Shown here: positions 54,463 to 64,000 of the stretch, piece after piece
How positions within the stretch are numbered: position 1 is the first letter of the stretch
Layout of the letters: each line of letters begins with the position of its first letter
Source: Octopus vulgaris
Taxonomy: Eukaryota
DNA: 64,000 nt
Assembly (NCBI GenBank): GCA_951406725.2
Contig: OX597838.1
Span: 930,001 to 994,000 of the forward strand
Reading direction: 5' to 3'
Position numbers and translations under genes: made by a program
Notes under the pieces: model-generated
Database searches by the model: none
Told to the model about the DNA's origin: nothing
The model's input: only the letters and a program-made list of their open reading frames with translations

Positions 54463-55565
54463 GCCGGAACCATCTTCAGCACCTCAAGAAAGGTTGCTGA
54501 ATTTAATTTATCCTGGTCTCTCACAAAGTTATAAAAAAAACATGGGGTATTTTCGAATGTGCCATCTTGGCTCCCCAAAATGAAATTCCGCTGGATATTA
54601 AGGGTACCGTCACTCAATAAGTACCTGACCAGTTCAGATGGTACCTCTCAGCCCACAATGTAGTCGATGTTGACGATCCTGACAACAAGAGTTTCTCAGT
54701 TCTTCCACCCCCACCCCCGCCTACAATCTCAAAATAGAAACAACCATTATTGTTGCTACGAAGTTTGGATGCACCAAAAGTCTGTAACAGTACAAGACAA
54801 GAAACCGCATTTCTTACGCTCCACCCCCGTGTAATCGAAGCACCGATGAAGATTGACTTTGCCAAAGGAAAAGATAGTATTTATTCCATACACACACACA
54901 CACACACCTTCATCCAATCAGATTTTCTATTTCACTTCGTAAACGGTTTTAGTACCCAGTGTCATTGTCTTTTTCTTTGATCATCAACCAATCCCAAAGA
55001 CAGTCCGTCGGGGTTCCTAGAATTGAATTAACCGGACCAAGTTCCTCTCATAGTTAGCTTTGTGATGTCTTCTCGGGTGATGGGAAAACAGACATCTTTT
55101 AATCAGACCACAAAACCACACAACTTGAACTGTCGTCAACTCCAGAGCTAACCCCCACCGCCACTACCGCCCCACTCCTCTTGCCAAATAAGTCACAGTT
55201 CTGTTTTAGGTGTTGTACTTCAATTTAGAATTAGAAGAAAAAACATAAAGTAAAGCAAAGTATTTTCTGAAGTCAGAGAATTCAAAATTATCAAATAGAC
55301 ACAATCTCGAAAGCTTCTGACATCGGGAAACCGTGGAAAACATTCAACATTCGTCTGTATTATATGGCAATAAGAAATATGCAAATGTAATTAAGAACAA
55401 ACGGTACAAATCAGAAATTTGAGTCAATTAAATTGAACAAAAAGTATTTTTCTAAAGAGTCACTGCATTACAATAAAAAAAAGATTTGTACCAACAAAAT
55501 TAGATACAAAAACAATGTAATAAGTCACATATTCGGCGCCGTGATAACGCCGGTTACCTTTGCAA

Positions 55566-55621
<56 letters not shown>

Positions 55622-55721
55622 GATAGATAGATAGATAGATAGACATATATTTCAAGTCAAAGAACTCAATACATAAAGGGGGTGTATATATTTATTGAAT
55701 AACCATGACAAAAGCATAAAG

Positions 55722-55756
55722 CCTCTAGTTTCGTTGTCATCAGAATTCGTCAGAGG
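55722..55756 (-). ncRNA. Degenerate hammerhead-like motif
   Basis: Minus strand: CCT-CTGACGA-ATTCTGATGACAAC-GAAAC-TAG-AGG. Stem I is CCU/AGG, stem II is weak and the UH cleavage nucleotides appear to be missing. Confidence 0.4.
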
Positions 55757-56144
55757 ATATTTCCTGTCGAATTCTGTTTCTGTGATTCCTTGAGACGACG
55801 CTAAAAACCAAACCCTGGCCAATCATTGGTTCTCTTTCAGACACGTGTTTCATCTTATCTGTTTACTCGAATAAGCTGGCCAATATCTTGACATGCGTAC
55901 GCACGCGGCGTGTGTGTATAGATACAAATACATACACACACACACACAATTGTGTGTGTGCATATATATTTATATATATACACACACACACATATAGTCA
56001 TGCTACAGGTTCGGGTTAATTAATCCAGTGCTAACCCATGCAGTGAATTAGGTTTTAGCTTGTATCCGATTAAGACGTTACGTCAGTGAATACGAATGCG
56101 GAGAGCACGGGAGTGGACGCGCTTACAGAGACGCACACACAACA

Positions 56145-56204
<60 letters not shown>

Positions 56205-57369
56205 AGGAATTTGGCTCAACATTATTATTATTATTATATAAGGGCCGAAGAGAACCAACCAAGTACTACATTTGTCACTGCACTCTAAAAATTAGAACAC
56301 ATCTTTTTTGTCAAAGACTTGTAGAACTGATCGATTAATCGAGGTCATTTGAAAGCAGATGTACATACATACACACACACATACACACACATACATGAAT
56401 GTCTGCATGTAAACAATTCAAACCTAATCTGAATGGAAAATCTGATTTATAATTTTGAATTTAAAACAAATTTCAATGCGAAACAGAGAAATAAATTAGT
56501 TCCCAGCTCGCATGAGATTTGAAACCGTACCTAACTTTTCCAAGATGAGGGTGTTTGATAACTACAGTACTCCAACGTATAGTGTATTTACAGTGCTGTC
56601 TAAGGAAGATGATTGGGAAAGTGGGGTTGTGTTTGTGGTGGGGGTGGGGCACACGTTTTCATTTCGGTTTTGCGTCATCAAATTTGGAATATCCGATCCA
56701 AGCAGATCCAGCAGAGTTGCTTTTGCATCTCTCCTCCATTCCATTGTGACAAAGATGCCGTCTGTAGAAACTCGAACCAAAATCGCCACACCGAGTCTTT
56801 TGGTTACCGTTCCTTCGTAGTAGCTTCTTTCACCTCAAAATACATCGACATTATTTCTACGACGAAGACAAATGGAGAAATATATCCTTCTTGAAGCAAT
56901 GCCATTGAAATGCCTTCGTCGAGATTCCTACTCTCCCGTTAACTTTAGCAGATCTTCCATTTCGGTTGTGTGTCTGTGTGAATGAGGGGAACGGGGTCTT
57001 CGTCTTCAGTTAGCCTACTCTAGGCTCCAAAACATAACTAACATGAACTGTTCTCTAGCACGATAGCTGAGGGTAGCAAAACCTAACCTGTTTTCATTAC
57101 CAATAATGAAAGAAATGGGTTGGATATGTCCATAAATCTGCTCTCCTCGTTGGTCTTGCTTTCACACCATAAAATATTTTAAGCTCCCTTGGGGAAACGG
57201 GCGAATTTGAAGCCCCTTTTTCATCGTCCAAGTTTTTACTACGTAGACAAGAATGCTCTGTATTCGGCCCCGAAGAAGGCGAGCCCCTTCATATTTGAAA
57301 TGTTTGATTAACGGATTGTTTTAAAGCCTGTTACTGGTACTCCAGTAACTTTTCTACTATCAGCATGTA

Positions 57370-57420
<51 letters not shown>

Positions 57421-58089
57421 CTGTGTGTGTGTGTGTGTGTATGTATGTGTGTGTATCTGTGTGATTCCGACGTACGTACACACACACATTTCATAAATAT
57501 TTGATCGGTCAAATTTTTGACAGTCAAATTCTTCTCTTGGCCTTTGTCTCATCCCTTTGTTGCTGCCCTTGTTCTTTTTGTTGTTGTTGTTGTTGTTAGT
57601 AGTGTGGTGGTGGTGGTGGTGGTGATGCTGCTGCTGCCTTGTAAATGGTGATGTAATGGTTGTTGTAGGTGAATGGGGTGGTTATGAGGGTGAGCTGAAG
57701 GAGGGGTTGGCGGTGCCGATGAGGGTGTGGAAACAGGTGGTGGGGTGGAGAGGAATATAGAAAGATAAAGAAACCATGAGACGAGGTGGTCTGATTAGGA
57801 GAGGGAGCGACTAATAATGACAAAGGAGTGGGAGGGTTATTGATTTGTATTAGATATGTTCGGCGGTGGAGGGAGCAGTGTTACTGGCCAGAGGGTTTGT
57901 AAACAACTTAAACCCAAAACCAACAAACGTATTCATGTTTCTACATAAACATACACAGATTTACAATTTACAAAAGGGGTTGGACACGTGTACTCTCTCT
58001 TAAGATACTTGAGGACAGATTTATGTTCATAATACAACAGATATATAATAACAGATAACTGTATTTAGCAAAAAATGCTATGAGGATAA

Positions 58090-59130
58090 AAAATAAACCT
58101 TCTTTTTTTATAATGTTGTTCAATAAAGCCACGTTCAGCTCCAACAACTGCTTCTATATGAGATCTAAATCATCTACATGCTCGAATCAAATGGTCCTGG
58201 TTCATTTTGGACATTACTCGGACTAGGGCAGCTTTCAGAGAATCTTTTGGTGTTATGGGCGTGTTCATTGACCTCTCTCTCAACAACACTCCACATAGTC
58301 CAATGGATTGAGATCTGGGGAATCAGGAAGCCAAATGTTAGGGGTTAGGTGATCATGAAAATTTTCAACCATCCATTCCTGTGTTACTAGAGCCATGTGT
58401 GATACTGCAGAGTCTTACTGAAACACGTATGTCCCTCCACTGCATACACTGTCTATCCAGGGCTTAGTAATTATTTCCTGGACCTCAATGTAGGTGGAAG
58501 AGTTAACTCTAAAGCCTTGTGGAAAGAAGTAAGGAGGCATCGCATGTTCTTTTTTGCTGACAACCCCTAAAACCATGACAGTTGCAGAACATTTTATATG
58601 CCTAACACTTGGAACTTCAGGAGGGTCTGCACATAACCATCTGTCATTTCTTCTGTTAACTTTTTGATCTTGGTCGAAGTTTTTCTTGTTTGAGAAAAAC
58701 CAAATCAAATCTTCTTCTGCTGGATTTTTCACTTTGTTTAAGAGCCTTTTAGATCTGATGTAGTGATTTTCTTTTGCTTTTCCTGACAAATTGACCTTTC
58801 CTCATCATATAACATTTATATCTGAGGTCTTCTTGGACAACATTTCTGACTGTTCCTTCTGACACATGGTAATCTTTTGCAATTGACCTCATGGACTTTC
58901 TGGGATTCTAATCAATGGTCTGTTGAACTTGTTGGATAAATTCAGTTGTTCTGATGACGCCAGAGCGTTTAGAAAATGCTTTTTATGCTTTGATACCGGT
59001 GATACGTTTCCATCTTCAGTCTCTAACTCCTTACAAATTTTGTAGACGAAAGATCTGGCAACTTTTAAAAATCGAGATATTTCTAAATGCTCAATTTTTA
59101 TAACCACAATAACAGCATGCCTCTTCTTTT
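58090..59130 (-). mobile_element. DD37D (maT) family transposase pseudogene
   Basis: WFFSNKKNFDQDQKVNRRNDRWL...YVFQ*DSAVSH...WLPDSPDLNPLDY, with 37 residues counted between the second and third catalytic Asp. The first Asp is mutated and there are stops and frameshifts. Confidence 0.92.
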
Positions 59131-59533
59131 CTGTATATGTACATATATACATATGTGCGCGCGCGCGCGTGTGTGTATGGGCCAATATTCATATTAGAAG
59201 TAGAAGGGGTCAACAGTGTTCTTTTACAAACCACTTGCCAACTGATGCCCCACATTCTCCAAAACACCTAAAGTCGATCGTCCAAATCACCCCACCCCCC
59301 ACCCAGGAATCGATCACCCTTTTACACCCAGGCAGGAGGAGATCCACGCAATATTGAGGAACTTGCAGCCAAGTCTGGATGATCTGGTCCTGGCATTTAT
59401 GCTGGTGTCTTGTGGTGATGTTACCGATATAGGGACTGATGTGACATATAGGACGAGTGCACTTGAAGGTGGGAGAGTCTGTAATTAATATATTATAAGA
59501 ATTAGGGAAGATCTCGCTTCAGACTTTGGCATG

Positions 59534-59608
59534 GAAGAAGAAGAAGAAGAAGAAGAAGAAGAAGAAGAAGAAGAAGAAGAAGAAGAAGAAGAAGAAGAAG
59601 AAGAAGAA
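59534..59608. repeat. (GAA)n trinucleotide microsatellite
   Basis: About 25 perfect GAA units. Confidence 0.95.
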
Positions 59609-59939
59609 AACTAAAGAGGAATGGAGGATATTACCAGATTCGTTCACACCCTCGTTCGCCACATTAAGAAGACTGTAAATTGGAGTATTTAACGGTCCGT
59701 AATTATGTAATTGTCTTCTAAAAAGGCTGAGAGATGCAATCAAAATTTGGTCGGCGTCTTTTGAAAGGTTGTCTGTTTGCACTTCCTGTGTCCTAGTATT
59801 TCATGTACTTTATCCCTGGACCACGAACAAACATTTGCCAAACGCTATAACGATCGTGGGCCAACTTTCACTTCACTGACCAAATAATTAGGGAACCTTA
59901 AAGGTCTTGGCCGTGGATCTAATGTCAGTCACGAGCCCA

Positions 59940-60190
59940 TAGCCTCATTAGATCGGAGCTTATCCCAGTTTGTGCGGCGGCGTGTATGTGACCGAGATTA
60001 CAAAACTGACAGCCACGCTTGAACGAACGACCAGTCAGTCACAGAGTTAAATACACCCCGGGTATTACTGGTTAGTATTTCCAGCTGAGTGGAGTGAAAC
60101 TATGTAAAATGGGGAGGGTGCTCCAGATCTCAATGTACCGCCCGACCTGGGAATCGATCCTACGACCTCACTAAACATAACCACAACGAA
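59940..60190 (-). mobile_element. Old tRNA-derived SINE remnant
   Basis: Minus-strand B-box-like GGATCGATTCCCAGG followed by a decayed body. Confidence 0.4.
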
Positions 60191-60373
60191 ATGGTAGACT
60201 GGGATATAAAACAGGGACAACTACAAAAAAAAAAGAGTCGATACCGGAAGAAGTGCTCCAGTATGGCATGTGCAGTGCAATATGTATAAAACAGGAAAGG
60301 ATGTCGAGATGAAAATATAAGGGGGTTCAACAAGTGTCTGTATATAGTCAGTTATTTAGCGTGTTTATACACC

Positions 60374-60416
<43 letters not shown>

Positions 60417-61739
60417 ATATATATACACACATGCACAAACACGCACTCAGACAGATACGTATAAACACATATACAATATATACACTTTATATATGCAATT
60501 TATGTGGGTGTGCATGTGTGTATGTATATAAATATATGTGTGTGTAATGTATATATATATGTATATAAGAATGTTTATAGATGTTTATGTATCTTATGCG
60601 CACATATAAATGCTTATTTCTTATCCATTGTGTCTATATAATTATATGCATGTATACATGTATCCATGTATGCATGTGCATATATGTGTGTGTATATATA
60701 CATATATGTATATATATATATGCATGTATGGTTAAATGTGTGTGTGTGGTGTTGTTCTAAGCGATGCAGTGCGTCTGTGTTAAAATTGTGCACATATTAA
60801 TTGGCCTCAATTTGAATCAGTCAACAGACGAGGAGGGGTGAAAGGGCAACGTCTGTGGAAATTCCCCAAAATTTTACCAGCTGAAATTTATCACACACAC
60901 AGACACACACACACTGACACGTACACGTAACAATGTATACACGTTCTGTACGCGTACGCATACACAAGCGGCCCGGCATTCATACCACGTAATTCAATCG
61001 TGCAACAGACGGATATGTTTTTACAGTCACAATGTAAGACAGACATGCACACACCCACATACAGATGCATACACGCACACATACACATGTATACACGCAC
61101 ACATATATACACACACACACATTCATTCTCACGCATATACGTGTATCTACACTGACATATAAATACACACATCCACACACACACACGTGTTTCAGTCACA
61201 GGACTCGGGTCATGCTGGGGCATGGAGATTTCTCTAAACTATTGTTCCTAACTTTGGTCTAAAGAGGTGTAAGAATTACTTTCAGATCCCCAAAACTTTC
61301 TCTCAAAGACCGTCACATCACGGTCCTTGCTCTTCAGACACAGTTTGGTAATTAAAATTCTTCAAACCTACAACTGTGTTCAAAGGTTTTCAGAAACCAA
61401 TCCAAAGTCATCCCAGAGCAGAAGAATTCTAGCAAATAGTAAAAACCGAAGCTAAACAACGTCTCATTTACGACGACGGACAAAAGGGAGACGAGGTGTG
61501 GCCCCTTTTACATCAATCATTTTGAATCAGGAATGACGTTCTATTCTACACCTCGTGGGTTTTGGAAGAAGTTTCATCCATCGTTTTAGTGAAATGGAAA
61601 ATGTGGAATATTGAAATGCGATGCAGAGAGAGAAAAACCCTGGAAAGAATGGAATAGGAGCAAAAGTGCTTTTCTACCATCAAAACTAAGGAGAGCAAGT
61701 TTGGGAAATCCTCGTTCCACATCACATTAGATATTTAAA

Positions 61740-62430
61740 AGAGGGGAAAATACCTTTACTGTCGAGTGAGTCGAAAATCATCTTGCTTCATAAAAAGGGT
61801 GATAAAAAGACCTTCGAGACCACTGCTCCGTATGCTTCTTGTCTCACTTTTGTAAGCTGTCTACAAAGGTGATGGTCACCAGATTACCGAAATATCTCGA
61901 TGACCAACAGCCGAGGGAGGAGAAAGGTTTCCGTAAGAACGATGGATCATATATTCACTCTAACACAGCTTATAAAACAAGGGAAAGAATACAAGCTGCC
62001 TCTGTGAGTCGCTTTCGTCGATCATAAAAAGGCCTTCGGTGGCATCGAGGTGAATGCAGTGCTGTAGTCTCTAAAAATGCTAGGAATCAAAGAACAATAC
62101 ACAATACATTGGAGTTCTCAGAGAAGTGATCCCGACATGTACCACAGGTATAGCTCTAACTCCCCTCCGCCGTAAGAGTTCTAGTCAAGGATGTCAGACA
62201 AGGGGATGCTATCTCTCCAAAGCTTTTCCTTACATGTCTTGAGACATTGATTGGACAGGTAGCGTGAACAACAACGAGCTACTAACACATCTCCGATTCA
62301 ACAATGACATCTTACTCATCACAAAAAAAACTCCAGATCAACTGCAGACTATAGTGAGGAAGCTCGACATCCAAAGCTCAATAGTTGTCCTTAAAATAAC
62401 CGCATAAAAACAAAATGAACGCGGCTCGAA
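61740..62430 (+). mobile_element. RTE-type LINE reverse transcriptase remnant
   Basis: IILLHKKGDK, LSHFCKLSTKV..RL...LDDQQPREEKGFRK, DHIFTL, AFVDHKKAF, VRQGDAISPKLF and HLRFNNDI. Confidence 0.88.
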
Positions 62431-62703
62431 AATGTAGCACGAGGTGGGAGCGCGGTTCCTTCTTCCATTGTTACACTTTTATCTGAAGTGGTATCTTATC
62501 TTCGTTACTTGGAAAACGAAGGACAAAAACCTTACAAAGAAATGGAGAGATGTGACAGGAAATGAGGACAGTTTTAGAGAGAGATAATTTTTTCAGGATT
62601 AAAGAGTCTTTCCATATTTAAGAGATGAGGAATTAAGTACATTATTTACATTATTTACATTATTTACATTTGATGGATATTTGTCCTCATCTTGTTTGTT
62701 GTT

Positions 62704-62744
62704 AACACAACGTTTCGGCTGATATACCCTCCAGCCTTCATCAG
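62704..62744 (-). ncRNA. Hammerhead ribozyme core (stem I not evident)
   Basis: Minus strand: CTGATGA-A-GGCTG(GAGGGTATAT)CAGCC-GAAA-CGT-T, with a 5-bp stem II and a palindromic ACGU stem III. Confidence 0.75.
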
Positions 62745-62814
62745 AGTTCTCATTCCTAAGGTAGATGTTGTTGTTATTGTTATTATTATTATTATTGTTG
62801 TTGTTATTCAGGTA

Positions 62815-62884
62815 ACTGCCTGGAATCGAACTCGGAATCTTGGGGTTAGTAGCCCGCGCTCTTAACCACTACGCCATATGCCCG
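62815..62884 (-). promoter_or_regulatory. tRNA-derived head with Pol III A and B boxes
   Basis: GGGCATATGGCGTAGTGGTTAAGAGCGCGGGCTACTAACCCCAAGATTCCGAGTTCGATTCCAGGC; A box at 62866-62876 and B box at 62822-62833. The acceptor and T stems pair poorly, so this is not a functional tRNA. Confidence 0.85.
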
Positions 62885-62889
62885 TCAAT

Positions 62890-63061
62890 TGTAAATAATG
62901 TAAATAATGTACATAATTCCTCATCTCTGAAATATAGAACTGTATTATCCAATCAGTACGGAGCTGACATTAGACTTCAATGGAGACTTATAGAGAAACT
63001 CCATCAACAACTGGCTCGTCTTTCAAACCATCCAACTTTCTTGTGTAGATGTAGAGACTGA
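62890..63061 (+). mobile_element. N-terminus of a Penelope-like ORF
   Basis: VLSNQYGADIRLQWRLIEKLHQQLARLSNHPTFLCRCRD fits the PLE N-terminal pattern YG...R..EK...LAR..NH..FL.RCRD. Confidence 0.7.
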
Positions 63062-63078
63062 AAGCTAATGCCAATATA

Positions 63079-63114
<36 letters not shown>

Positions 63115-63139
63115 TGTATGTATGTATGTATGTATGTGT

Positions 63140-63320
63140 CAGTGTTTATAATCGACACACACACACCGCTTGGCAACTTGCGTTGGTTTGTCCTCATGAC
63201 TTAGAAGTTCGGCGACAGATATCGGTAGAATTGGCAGCAGACTTGAATTTTGTTTGACTAAACTGTTAAAGGCGATGCCCCAGCATGGCCGCAATCCAAT
63301 GACTGAAACGAGAAAAAAAT
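63140..63320 (+). mobile_element. SINE family A 3' half
   Basis: GGCGATGCCCCAGCATGGCCGCAATCCAATGACTGAAAC tail. Confidence 0.8.
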
Positions 63321-63590
63321 ATAAAATATGTTGTCTGTGTGTATCACATCCCACCCCCTTCGACTGATTTTCCTCCTCTGTGCCATAGATCGGTGTCACA
63401 CCCAGTCTCTCAGCTGACTTCCTCCTCCTCCTCCTCCTCCCTCACGCCCCACCCCCACTCCTGTGCCACTCTCTCGTCGCTAATTGTTGTCACGGGCGAA
63501 ACACAACTGGATAACTGGATCCACTTCAGAAACTATTACGGTCATATATGCCAGTGAGTGCGGACGTGTGGCTTGTGTGTGTGTGTGTGG

Positions 63591-63641
<51 letters not shown>

Positions 63642-64000
63642 TCAGTCTTAATGTATTATTGACCGGTGACGATAATCCTTCGAGTGTTTCCTCAACAAAC
63701 AAATCCACCTCACTTAACCAATCTCTGTTTTGTTCTCCTTTTGGCGTTTATGTATGGAACATGACAAAACTATGGAACGACATCCAATACATAATTCATT
63801 ACATACGCACACACACACACACACACGCACACATATTATTTGTAAAGCATTTAACTGGTAAACCGATATTTTAAACGAAGAATGAATATACATATATACA
63901 TACGCATATATGTGTATCTATACACACGCACACAGATTCACACACATGTATGTATGTATGTATGTATGTATGTATGTATGTATGTACGTATGTATGTATG

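Larger units (their letters stand above)
62614..62935. mobile_element. Inverted pseudo-LTR-like unit of a Penelope-like element (46-bp inverted repeats enclosing a tRNA head and a hammerhead core)
   Basis: 62614-62659 is the reverse complement of 62890-62935 with two mismatches. The interior is described in the next two features. Confidence 0.85.

Noticed and set aside
54450-57330. Complex non-repetitive blocks (54.5-55.4 kb and 56.4-57.3 kb) as coding exons
   Set aside because: Only short ORFs without recognisable motifs; they cannot be assigned without database searches.
62815-62884. Functional tRNA gene (ACT anticodon)
   Set aside because: The acceptor and T stems do not pair properly and it is embedded in a repeat unit; treated as a tRNA-derived head.

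Overview
Eukaryotic, AT-rich, extremely microsatellite-dense DNA. The SINE, LINE and microsatellite make-up resembles an octopus/cephalopod genome; this is an inference from repeat types only. I found no intact host protein-coding gene, and nearly all listed ORFs are translated (CA)n/(TA)n/(TATG)n repeats. The window holds many decayed mobile elements: a Tx1/L1-type retrotransposon with two tandem ORF1-like genes and a monomer-repeat 5' end (20.6-24.7 kb), other Tx1, CR1-like, RTE and Penelope-like (PLE) remnants, mariner and DD37D (maT) transposon remnants, a hAT MITE with an 8-bp TSD, and two abundant tRNA-derived SINE families. The main unexplained signal is about seven hammerhead-ribozyme-like motifs, mostly in short elements within or next to (TA)n tracts and often in foldback form, including a perfect 453-bp palindrome with a hammerhead on each strand. 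One locus (62.6-63.1 kb) joins a tRNA-derived Pol III head, a hammerhead core and the N-terminus of a Penelope ORF. All calls were made by eye and coordinates of decayed elements are approximate.
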